This document shows positions 16,207 to 24,129 of a stretch of 32,000 bases of DNA, one piece after another (positions within the stretch are counted from its first letter, which is position 1; every line of letters starts with the position of its first letter). The translations under genes and the position numbers were made by a program. This DNA comes from Pyrolobus fumarii 1A (lineage in GTDB: Archaea > Thermoproteota > Thermoprotei_A > Sulfolobales > Pyrodictiaceae): assembly GCF_000223395.1 (NCBI RefSeq), contig NC_015931.1:30001-62000 (forward strand), written 5' to 3'. The notes under the pieces were generated by a model. It was not told the DNA's origin and did not search any database. It was given only the letters and a program-made list of their open reading frames with translations.

Positions 16207-17088
16207 GTGGCCTCAGAAGCTGTACGTCTTGTACACCGCGGTTACCCTACTGTTGAACGTAGTGCACTCCCTGTTATCCCTAGAGGCTGGGTGCTGATAC
16301 GCGTTGGACTAGGGGTGTGGAATGGCACGGAGCGCGCGGTATCACAGGGGCTGGTTTGGGTTGAACCCGGTAGGGTTCTTGGCGCAGAAGGTCTCGGTGT
16401 TGTTGTTAAGCGCGGCGTAGGGGCCGATATTGACGAGGGTGTTCTTGTCGTACTTTCGAGGGTGCCTAAGGAGGGTTTACCTGGAGTGGCTATTAACGGC
16501 TGGCTTGCGAGTTACACGTCGCTTCCCTTCTCGTCGCTCGCCCAGCTTGATAAGGGTGTTTGTAAACGCGAGCCTAGAGCTTGCGCTCTTGCCTTTAGCG
16601 CTGGACTAGGCATAGCCGCAGTTATATCGTCACACGGCGAGCTAGGGGTGCTCGGCTGTGGGTTCTCCTCGTTATCAGCTGCACTAGCCTCTATGGAGTA
16701 TGGCGCGACAACGCGACTATACTGCTTGGATTCTATCGGCGCAAGGATAGCCTCTAGGCTTGGCCTAGAGGTGCTCTCAGCGAAGAGGAGAGAGCCGAAA
16801 GAAGAGACGCTCTACCTGGCATCTATAGATCCGCGGCTTGTAAGGCTAGTCGAAAATAGGAGAGGCTCGCGCCTATTGCTACACCCGATCTTTCTCCACT
16901 ACCCGCCACCACGCACAATAGACACATACACATCCGTACTGAGAGAGTCCCGTGTTCACGAGGGAGTGAAGCTGCTTCTCAAACACATAGATTTTCTAGA
17001 TGCTGCCGTGGGGCATGCAGATCTAGAAGCACTGCCATATTCACACGGTAAACTCGCCATTATCGCTCGGCTACACAACGTAGTCTGA
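16207..17088 (+). CDS. degenerate medium-chain dehydrogenase/reductase (ADH/GroES-like) fold protein
   Basis: GTG start. The layout resembles MDR: ..VLIRVGLGVWNGTE.. sits where GICGTD/H is expected, GAEGLGVVV where GHE..G is expected, and VLGCGFSSLSAAL where GxGxxG is expected. The zinc ligands and the dinucleotide loop are not conserved. Confidence 0.55.
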   Translation: MASEAVRLVHRGYPTVERSALPVIPRGWVLIRVGLGVWNGTERAVSQGLVWVEPGRVLGAEGLGVVVKRGVGADIDEGVLVVLSRVPKEGLPGVAINGWLASYTSLPFSSLAQLDKGVCKREPRACALAFSAGLGIAAVISSHGELGVLGCGFSSLSAALASMEYGATTRLYCLDSIGARIASRLGLEVLSAKRREPKEETLYLASIDPRLVRLVENRRGSRLLLHPIFLHYPPPRTIDTYTSVLRESRVHEGVKLLLKHIDFLDAAVGHADLEALPYSHGKLAIIARLHNVV

Positions 17089-18154
17089 GCGCTCGTCTCC
17101 CACCTGCGCGTACACGCGCCGGGTTGGGCTCCAATCCTCTCATCTTTTCACGCCACAGCCCCTCCTCGAGATCCAGCTCCGTGAATACACATGCCTCGTT
17201 CAGCCTAGCCCTAGCCTCTTGCAGACTCCATGTACCCGATACGCGTCTCGCCAGGGGCGACAACTTGTATAGAATCTCCCCGTCCATGTAGAAGACCAGC
17301 GCCTGCAGGACTGTGAGATCCACCCTCCTAGTCCCGCCACGCAACTTGAAAACACCACGTACACCGCGCCTTGCCATTAATTGTGCAAGCCCGGCTTCCG
17401 TCACAAAACCTTCCCTAACAATCTCCTCAAGCACTAACGCCTCGTCAAAGGATACCAGCCTCGCCGCTCTCAGACCACCTGCCGCCGCAATATCACCGAG
17501 CCTCTCCAGTATCTCATCAAGCCTCAGTTCGCCATCAGAGCCCGGGCTTTGCACAGCAGCAACTACGGGTAAACCACTCTCGACGCTACCAGCGAGACCC
17601 ACCGCATCGGCCAGCGGGCTCCACAGCGTATCCTCTACACCCTCCGCCAACACATCCCCGCCAACATCAACCGCCAAGATAGCTTCCGCCCCCGTCAAGC
17701 TAGCAAGGTGTCGCAGAGCCTCAGCGATGCCACGCGAGCCTCCCCACACATCAACCACGTAGATGGGCACCGACGCTATGCGAGCCAATCTACACACTTG
17801 GGGTATGAACACGTTACCCCCGCACAGGGAGCGTACAACCCAGCACCCTCCGCGAACCTCAAGCAGGTGTAGAGACAAACGTGACGTGGGGCCAGCAAAA
17901 TCCTCTAGACGAAGAGGACCGGGGCAAGGGTCGATAACGAACCTCTCCCAGGCTATTGCCGCCAGTTGTGAACGCACGCCATACTTTTGTAGCCAGAGCG
18001 TGTTGAGCATTGCAGAAGCTATGTCGCCGCCACCACCCACAGCAAGCACAATGACACTCCTCGGCTTGAAACCAAAGACCTCCTCTATCACCATTCTCGC
18101 CTTTCCGCCCACAACACCGGATAGCTCTAAGAGTCGTTCGGCAATGGAATTCAC
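17060..18154 (-). CDS. conserved hypothetical protein, DUF1152-like
   Basis: Gly-rich motifs seen are LAVGGGGDIASA, AVDVGGDVLAEG, WSPLADA and SPGSDGE. The family name is from memory. An alternative start is ATG 18094. The 3' end overlaps the previous CDS by 29 nt (convergent). Confidence 0.65.
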   Translation of the reverse strand: MNSIAERLLELSGVVGGKARMVIEEVFGFKPRSVIVLAVGGGGDIASAMLNTLWLQKYGVRSQLAAIAWERFVIDPCPGPLRLEDFAGPTSRLSLHLLEVRGGCWVVRSLCGGNVFIPQVCRLARIASVPIYVVDVWGGSRGIAEALRHLASLTGAEAILAVDVGGDVLAEGVEDTLWSPLADAVGLAGSVESGLPVVAAVQSPGSDGELRLDEILERLGDIAAAGGLRAARLVSFDEALVLEEIVREGFVTEAGLAQLMARRGVRGVFKLRGGTRRVDLTVLQALVFYMDGEILYKLSPLARRVSGTWSLQEARARLNEACVFTELDLEEGLWREKMRGLEPNPARVRAGGRRALRLRCVAER

Positions 18155-18172
18155 AGCTCGGGGGTAGCTTCA

Positions 18173-18532
18173 ATGCACGACCTTGCAGAGAAACTAGCAG
18201 AGCTCCTAACCGCGAAGGGAGTTTACGAGAAAGTACTCGTAGACAACGTTACTGGCGAGTGCGCAGTGCTAGTCGCTAAACGTGGAGCAACGCTCCACCT
18301 CATAGCACTCTCGACGCACAATGACTGGGTGTATGCCAAGATCGCTCTTAGCGATGCAGTACCCCTCCGGGCATGGAGCTGCTCTAACATCTTCTACACG
18401 CCGTACGGGTTGTACGCCTTTGCCCACACACTCGATGAGTTGGCCGACAAGATAGCTGGTAAGCAGGATAGGTTAGAGGCGCAAGCTAGGATATTAGAGG
18501 AGGCGTTGAGAAGCGGAGCATCTCTGGAGTGA
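18173..18532 (+). CDS. hypothetical protein (119 aa)
   Basis: ATG start only 18 nt from the divergent 18154 start. It ends in a tandem stop TGATGA. No family is recognised. Confidence 0.55.
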   Translation: MHDLAEKLAELLTAKGVYEKVLVDNVTGECAVLVAKRGATLHLIALSTHNDWVYAKIALSDAVPLRAWSCSNIFYTPYGLYAFAHTLDELADKIAGKQDRLEAQARILEEALRSGASLE

Positions 18533-18583
18533 TGACCCCGCGCACTCAGAGCCACGCGCAATGAAGAGGGTCTTGAGTGCTGA
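18529..18583 (+). ncRNA. candidate C/D box sRNA (2'-O-methylation guide)
   Basis: C box GUGAUGA at 18529-18535. An 11-nt spacer leads to D'-like CAGA at 18547-18550. C'-like AUGAAGA at 18561-18567. An exact 12-nt spacer GGGUCUUGAGUG leads to D box CUGA at 18580-18583. Flanking GG (18526-27) and CC (18584-85) could close the stem. Confidence 0.5.
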
Positions 18584-18701
18584 CCATAACATCTCACCAT
18601 ATACCCCACAATAAGTTACCATAAAACAACACGACACAAGAAGAGCCCAGCAGTTCACACCACGGGTATAGGAAGAAGCATTTACCGCCAGTTACACCAC
18701 G

Positions 18702-18716
18702 CAAAAACAAAAACAA
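18702..18716 (-). terminator. oligo-T terminator downstream of atpE
   Basis: The minus strand reads TTGTTTTTGTTTTTGC 22-35 nt after the stop at 18738. Confidence 0.5.
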
Positions 18717-18737
18717 TATCGTTCTGTTACTCTCTTC

Positions 18738-19364
18738 TTAGCCGAATAGTGCTTTAGCAGCCGCTGCCTTCGCCTCCTCCAGGATGTCTGAGAGTACCGC
18801 CTCTAGCCTGTAGTCGAGGCGCATCTTGCCGTCGGGAGTTGCAACCACGAAGCCTCCTACACCCTCGATGTCCTCGCCTGCAAGCGTGAACTTAACCGGA
18901 AGGCTTGCACCACCAACCAGCTTCTCAAGTAGGTCGCGGTCCGCCTTCGTCGGGTATACTACGGCCTCGGTAGCCGTCTCGCGTATAGTCTCGGCAGCAC
19001 GCTTCAACATGTCCTCGAGGAACGCTGTGTAAGCCTCGTCTCCAACGCGGCTGCGGAGCCTTCTTAGGGCCTCGTTGACAGCCTTCTCTATCCACTCGTT
19101 CCTCGCGTTTAGCTCCGCCACTCTCAACTCAGCCTCGCGTACCGCCCTCTCCGCTCTTACTTTCTCCTCAGCCTCACGGAGAATAGCCGAGATGTCTTTC
19201 TCGAGCTTCGCTAGAGCCCTGTTCTTCGCCGCGTCGAGGATGCGGATAGCAGCGTCGAGCGCCTCATCAATCTTCTTGTTTATCTCCTCGCGCACCTTTT
19301 CAGAGGCCTTTTTCGCTACCGCGTGTGGGTCGCCATGCATGTGTATGCGGGGCACCGGCCCCAC
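18738..19364 (-). CDS. atpE: A/V-type ATP synthase subunit E
   Basis: A long N-terminal charged helix (KKASEKVREEINKKIDEA..EAEEKVRAERAVREAELRV..) is followed by a C-terminal globular part (GGFVVATPDGKMRLDYRLEAVL). The start is GTG 19364 or ATG 19340. Confidence 0.85.
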   Translation of the reverse strand: MGPVPRIHMHGDPHAVAKKASEKVREEINKKIDEALDAAIRILDAAKNRALAKLEKDISAILREAEEKVRAERAVREAELRVAELNARNEWIEKAVNEALRRLRSRVGDEAYTAFLEDMLKRAAETIRETATEAVVYPTKADRDLLEKLVGGASLPVKFTLAGEDIEGVGGFVVATPDGKMRLDYRLEAVLSDILEEAKAAAAKALFG

Positions 19365-19367
19365 CCG

Positions 19368-19691
19368 CTACCCGCCGAAGCCGAGCGCCTGGAGAAGAAG
19401 TCTTCTCATGTCTACCGGCTTGCCTGGGCTCTTCAGAGTCGGGAGCATCGCTACGACAACATCGCTGCGCTCATCCCCGATTTTCTCAACGATGTCCTTG
19501 ACAGCATCCGCATACTCGTTGGAAACCAGTATCACGCCAACCTCTGTCGACTCCAATAGCTTCTGTAGTATCTTGCGGGCCTCGCCACTATCCTTAGCGA
19601 CGTAGGCCTCAACGCCTATAAGGCGGAAGGCCGTGGCGGTATACTCGTCGGCTATCACGGCTATCCTCTTCTCAGGCAAGCCGCTCCCCAA
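19368..19691 (-). CDS. atpF: A/V-type ATP synthase subunit F
   Basis: Motifs seen are RIAVIADEYTATAFRLIGVEAYV and VGVILVSNEYA. The track ORF extends to GTG 19745. I prefer TTG 19691 (or 19679) because a TATAAA box at 19713-19718 sits about 25 nt upstream and the resulting length (107 aa) fits the family. Confidence 0.8.
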   Translation of the reverse strand: MGSGLPEKRIAVIADEYTATAFRLIGVEAYVAKDSGEARKILQKLLESTEVGVILVSNEYADAVKDIVEKIGDERSDVVVAMLPTLKSPGKPVDMRRLLLQALGFGG

Positions 19692-19712
19692 GAGCGGCCC
19701 GAGCGCCTCGCA

Positions 19713-19719
19713 TTTATAT
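19713..19719. promoter_or_regulatory. near-palindromic TATA element in the atpF / atpI divergent region
   Basis: TTTATAT reads TATAAA on the minus strand, about 25 nt from TTG 19691. On the plus strand it lies about 60 nt upstream of the atpI ATG at 19778. Confidence 0.35.
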
Positions 19720-19777
19720 GGTGAGGCTGGGGTGGGCAGGGACACGGGAATAGTAACGCCTGGCGAGGTGGTACTCG

Positions 19778-22033
19778 ATGCTCATAGCCAGGGGGGCGGC
19801 AGAGGTAACTATACTCGTACCTCGCGACAAGCTGACCAGCGCGGTAAAGGCTATACTTGAGAGTGGCGCGTTCCACCCAAAGCCTATCGAGGCTGGCGAG
19901 GAGGCTGCCACAGAGAAGGGTCAGGTCCAGAGGTTGCTTAGCGAGGCCGAGAACCTAGCTCAGAGGATTCGCGCCTACCTGACCAGCGTAGGCGAGCTAC
20001 CGGAGCCTGGCGAGGCGCACCTCGGGGAGGTGCGCGATTGGGTATCGAAAGCTGAGGAGGTTATCAGGGAGGCTGAGGAGCTGGACTCCAAGTTGGACCC
20101 CGTGCTGAAGAAGCTGACAGAGCTACGCACCCCTGGCAGCGAGCTTGCCGAGGCGGCTGAGGTCGCCAAGGCCTATAGCTGGCTTGATTTCGACCTCTCG
20201 CAGCTACGCGACTTGAAGCACTTGCGTGTCCGCCTGCTGAGAGTCCCACATAGACACGTGGAGCGCTTTGTGAAACTTGCCGAGGAGGAGCCCATATACG
20301 TCATCGTCGCCGAGGATTATGAGCCGCTCAACGCGCTAGTCATAGCGATATACCCCGAGGAATACGAGGTGGTCATCAACCATCTTGCCGGTGAGACCGA
20401 CGCGTCAGAAGTAGTGCTCCCATCCAACATACCACAGAACCTAGCCAAGGCAGCCGAACACTTCGCCAAGCTCGAGGAGGAGCTAGTCGAGGAGATAAAG
20501 CGCAACGTGCCCAAACTAAAGGAGCTACTAGCCAAGCTGCTTACGGTGCGCGAGGCACTCAGAGTCCTCCTGGGGAGCCTCGAGACCAGACTATTCACCG
20601 TGCTAAGCGGCTACGTGCCACACAACGAGGTTAAGAAGTTCGCAAACATGGTTGTAGAGGCTACCGGCAACACAGCCATAGTGACTGCCAGCGGCTATGT
20701 GAGGATGGAAGAGGAGGTAGAGACGCCAGCAATCGTCAAAGTACCAAAGCCGCTAAAGCCATTCGAGATGCTAATGTCGAGCTACGGCTTCCCAAGGCCC
20801 CGCGCCGTCTCCCCACTAATACTAATGGCTATAACCTTCCCGTTGATCTTCGGCATGGCATTCCCAGATCTAGGCCACGGTCTAGTGCTATTCCTGCTAG
20901 GCCTCTATATGAGGAAGAGGGGCGAGTTCCTCGGCTTCGCCAGAGGCGAGGGTGTACGCCAGCTAGGCACCCTCCTGCTATACCTAGGCTTCACCGCCAT
21001 GGTCTTCGGCTTCCTCGCAGCAGAGTTCTTCGGCCCACTAACATCAGAGTGGCTCATACACCTATGGTGCAGCATGGGCTACGACAAGCCGCCCTACGCG
21101 ACACCACTGTACGCCGCCCACGTGCTTCACTCCTTCGAGGAGCTAAGCAAAGAGATGGGGCCAATACAGGCGCTCAACGCCATCTGCCCAGCGCTCGCAC
21201 AGAAAGTCCTCGAGGAGCTAGGCCCCAACCCAGCCCCCGAGCAGGTCAAGCACTTCGTAGAGGCGTATGTGGGCGCCAATATAATGACAACAGCTGTCTA
21301 CTTCTCCATGTACGTGTCGCTACTACTGGGTACACTGCTGCTAACACTCACGAGCATATTCGGCCTCTACACCTACATCGTCATGGGCGAGAAGGCCGAG
21401 GCCGTAGTCTCAGGTCTGTCGAAGACGCTGATATTCGGCGGCGTCTTCATAGCGTTCCTATCCAGCCTAGCGTTCCTACCAAGAGACGCTATACGCCTAA
21501 GCGGCTACCTGCTAGCACTGACAGCAGGCCTAACGGAGGTAGGAGGTAGGAACGTAGCAGAGTCTCTCAGCGAGCTTGTTAGGATGCACGGCGGCGATCC
21601 GGGCATCTACCTAGGCCTAATCCAGCCGCTAATGGCACTGATGATATACTCTGGTCTAGCCATAGCCTTCATCGGCAAGATAGTGGAGACCGTGCACCAT
21701 GGTGGCGGTATCGGCGCAGCGCTCGGCAATGCCGCACTAGAGCTCTTCGACCTACTACTGATAGCCATGGGCAACACGCTAAGCTTCCTGCGAATCTTCG
21801 CACTAGCCCTAGCACACAGCTCGCTAATGTACGGATTCTATGCTATCTCGCTGCTCGCTGGCCCAGCGCTACCAATAATCTACGTGCTAGCCAACCTGCT
21901 AGTCATCGGCATGGAGGCTATAGTGGCGTTTGCGCACACGCTGAGGCTCCACTACTACGAGATGTTCAGCAAGTTCTTCTTCGCCACCGGGAAGCCATTC
22001 CAGCCTGTGCGCGCCTACGCCAGGATAGGCTGA
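19778..22033 (+). CDS. atpI: A/V-type ATP synthase subunit I (a-subunit homologue)
   Basis: A ~330-aa cytoplasmic coiled N-domain is followed by a multi-TM C-domain. The conserved C-terminal region is GNTLSFLRIFALALAHSSL ... AFAHTLRLHYYEMFSKFF (essential Arg context). Confidence 0.9.
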   Translation: MLIARGAAEVTILVPRDKLTSAVKAILESGAFHPKPIEAGEEAATEKGQVQRLLSEAENLAQRIRAYLTSVGELPEPGEAHLGEVRDWVSKAEEVIREAEELDSKLDPVLKKLTELRTPGSELAEAAEVAKAYSWLDFDLSQLRDLKHLRVRLLRVPHRHVERFVKLAEEEPIYVIVAEDYEPLNALVIAIYPEEYEVVINHLAGETDASEVVLPSNIPQNLAKAAEHFAKLEEELVEEIKRNVPKLKELLAKLLTVREALRVLLGSLETRLFTVLSGYVPHNEVKKFANMVVEATGNTAIVTASGYVRMEEEVETPAIVKVPKPLKPFEMLMSSYGFPRPRAVSPLILMAITFPLIFGMAFPDLGHGLVLFLLGLYMRKRGEFLGFARGEGVRQLGTLLLYLGFTAMVFGFLAAEFFGPLTSEWLIHLWCSMGYDKPPYATPLYAAHVLHSFEELSKEMGPIQALNAICPALAQKVLEELGPNPAPEQVKHFVEAYVGANIMTTAVYFSMYVSLLLGTLLLTLTSIFGLYTYIVMGEKAEAVVSGLSKTLIFGGVFIAFLSSLAFLPRDAIRLSGYLLALTAGLTEVGGRNVAESLSELVRMHGGDPGIYLGLIQPLMALMIYSGLAIAFIGKIVETVHHGGGIGAALGNAALELFDLLLIAMGNTLSFLRIFALALAHSSLMYGFYAISLLAGPALPIIYVLANLLVIGMEAIVAFAHTLRLHYYEMFSKFFFATGKPFQPVRAYARIG

Positions 22034-22051
22034 GGTTTTCTCACAGCCACC

Positions 22052-22059
22052 TTGTTTTT
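22052..22059 (+). terminator. oligo-T tract after atpI
   Basis: CTTGTTTTTCC lies about 20 nt after the stop at 22033. Confidence 0.4.
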
Positions 22060-22097
22060 CCCTCCCCACGCTCCCGCTTGGCTTCCGGGTTCTCGTC

Positions 22098-23351
22098 TTG
22101 AGAGGAACCCTCACAGAGCTCATACTATCCAAGCATGTAAAGGAGGGGCGCGTCGAACCAGGGGAAGTGATAACGGCACGAGTCGACCGTGTGATATTCC
22201 ACGACCTGACAGGCTACCACGTTATCGAGGTTATGGAGAAGGCTGGGAAGACCGAACCCTGGGACCCGTCAAAGATTGTAGTCGCGTTTGACCATCTTGT
22301 GCCAGCACCCACTGTCAGGGCAGCCGAGGTTCAAAAGAAGACGCGAGAGTGGGCACTAAAACACGGCGTGATATTCCGTGACGTTGGACACGGCATTCTA
22401 CACCAGGTTGTGGTCGACGAGGGTCTAGTAGAGCCAGGCCAGGTTGTCATAGGCGCCGACAGCCACACCAATACTGCTGGTGCTGTTGGGGCATTCGCCA
22501 CTGGAATGGGTGCCAGTGACGTCGCGTATGCAGCGCTCTTTGGCGAGGTCTGGATGCGTGTACCGGAACCTATCCGTGTAGAGCTGAAGGGTAGCCTCAA
22601 ACCCCCGGTTACCACCAAGGACCTCGTCCTCAAGATGCTTGGCGACCATGGCGCGGGCTTCGCTAACTACAAGGCTCTGGAGTTTGTAGGTGAAGCTGTA
22701 AAGACACTTAGCATAGAGGATCGCATGACCGTCGCCAATATGACTACAGAGATGGGCGCTAAGGTTGGCCTATTCCCTAGCGACGAGGTGACCATAGACT
22801 ACTATCAGAGTCTCGGGAAGAGCGTCAAGAGGCTAGAACCCGCCCCAAACGCGGAATACACGGATACCCTCGAGTACGACCTCTCTAGCCTAGAGCCCAT
22901 GGTCGCTGTACCTCCTCGCGTTGACAACGTAAAACCTGTAACAGAGGTCGAAGGCGTAGAAGTAGACCAGGTGTTCATCGGAAGCTGCACCAATGGCCGT
23001 CTCTCTGACCTCGAAGCCGCAGCGAGGATACTGAAGGGTAGGAAGGTACACCCAAGAGTAAGATGCATAGTAATAGCAGCGTCGCGGAAGATTTACGAAG
23101 AGGCGCTGAAGCGCGGCATAGTCGAGGTGTTAACCGAGGCGGGCTGCCTAGTCACCTGGGGTACCTGCGGCCCCTGCATCGGCGGCCACTATGGTGTACT
23201 AGGGCCAGACGAGGTAGGCGTGTTCACCAGCAATAGGAACTTCAGAGGGCGTACCGGCCACCCAACCGCTAAGACCTACCTCGCCTCGCCTTACGTCGCA
23301 GCAGCCTCAGCCATTGAGGGGAAGATTGCCGACCCACGCCGCTACCTCTAA
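22098..23351 (+). CDS. aconitase-family dehydratase large subunit (3-isopropylmalate dehydratase LeuC / homoaconitase HacA type)
   Basis: TTG start. Motifs seen are GADSHT, the Fe-S ligands in IGSCTNGR and GTCGPCIGG, and SNRNFRGR. The ~417-aa length is typical of the archaeal type. Confidence 0.85.
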   Translation: MRGTLTELILSKHVKEGRVEPGEVITARVDRVIFHDLTGYHVIEVMEKAGKTEPWDPSKIVVAFDHLVPAPTVRAAEVQKKTREWALKHGVIFRDVGHGILHQVVVDEGLVEPGQVVIGADSHTNTAGAVGAFATGMGASDVAYAALFGEVWMRVPEPIRVELKGSLKPPVTTKDLVLKMLGDHGAGFANYKALEFVGEAVKTLSIEDRMTVANMTTEMGAKVGLFPSDEVTIDYYQSLGKSVKRLEPAPNAEYTDTLEYDLSSLEPMVAVPPRVDNVKPVTEVEGVEVDQVFIGSCTNGRLSDLEAAARILKGRKVHPRVRCIVIAASRKIYEEALKRGIVEVLTEAGCLVTWGTCGPCIGGHYGVLGPDEVGVFTSNRNFRGRTGHPTAKTYLASPYVAAASAIEGKIADPRRYL

Positions 23352-23426
23352 CACGGGTGTTACCAGCCCCAAGGGTACCCTACCTCTACCTCCGAGATTT
23401 TCTACACGCGGCGCGGGTGGGAACGC

Positions 23427-24125
23427 TTGGTACGCGCACTCTTCATAGACATGCTAGAGGGCAGAGTTGGCGCCGAAGTATATGACCCGTACCGTAGGAA
23501 GCTCGGCATCCTTGTCAGCTTCGACAGCGAGGTTGACGGTAGAGTCACAAAGGTGTCGGTGCTCCTCTACGGCTCCGGCGAGATTCGAGACTATGCACCA
23601 GACGCTATTGAGATTGAGGGTGACCGTATCATAGTGAAGCCTGCTTGGAAGACATTTGCGGAGAAGACAAGGGAGAGCTACAAGAGAGCAGTCAGGAGGA
23701 TGAAGCACCTAGAGGAGATGTACCACAAGAAGGAGATCCCAGCACAAGTGTACCGCGAGTTTGCAAAGAGACTGGAGAAGGAGATCAGAAAGCTACGCGA
23801 CCAGCTGACAAAGGTTCGTGAAATGATACAGAAGAGGAAGAGAGAGCTGGAGATCGAGCGCGACATGGTGATACGCTCTAAGACGGCCCTCCGCCTATCC
23901 TTCCTTAGCGGCGAAATACGCCCAGACGCGTACAGAACAGCCTTTGAGAAACTCAAGGACATTGAGGAGAGTATCGAACTCGAATGGAAGGACCTAGAGG
24001 AGACGTTAAAGAAGCTCGACGAGTTCGAAGAGGTCAAGATCAGCAACGAACAGAAGAAAATAGAGGAAGAGACTGCAGTCGCGCCCTCAGCGGCTCAGCC
24101 GATACCAGTGAAGATCATAGAGTGA
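23427..24125 (+). CDS. cdvA: CdvA-like cell-division protein (PRC-barrel-like N-domain, coiled coil, short C-terminal peptide)
   Basis: The N-terminus LEGRVGAEVYDPYRRKLGILVSF..DGRVTKV..IIVKPAWK resembles the CdvA PRC barrel. A long coiled coil follows (EIPAQVYREFAKRLEKEIRKLRDQL..) and the Pro-rich tail is QPIPVKIIE. The start is TTG 23427 or ATG 23451. The assignment is from memory of the family. Confidence 0.55.
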   Translation: MVRALFIDMLEGRVGAEVYDPYRRKLGILVSFDSEVDGRVTKVSVLLYGSGEIRDYAPDAIEIEGDRIIVKPAWKTFAEKTRESYKRAVRRMKHLEEMYHKKEIPAQVYREFAKRLEKEIRKLRDQLTKVREMIQKRKRELEIERDMVIRSKTALRLSFLSGEIRPDAYRTAFEKLKDIEESIELEWKDLEETLKKLDEFEEVKISNEQKKIEEETAVAPSAAQPIPVKIIE

Positions 24126-24129
24126 AGCC

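Noticed and set aside
19075-19605. 176-aa plus-strand ORF; similar shadow ORFs at 8078-8509, 10173-10643, 17313-17762, 21049-21549 and 26599-27054
   Set aside because: They are antisense or out of frame to well-supported genes (atpE/F, kinase-like, DIPPS, DUF1152-like, atpI, nucleotidyltransferase). They are low-complexity Ser/Ala/Arg-rich translations.
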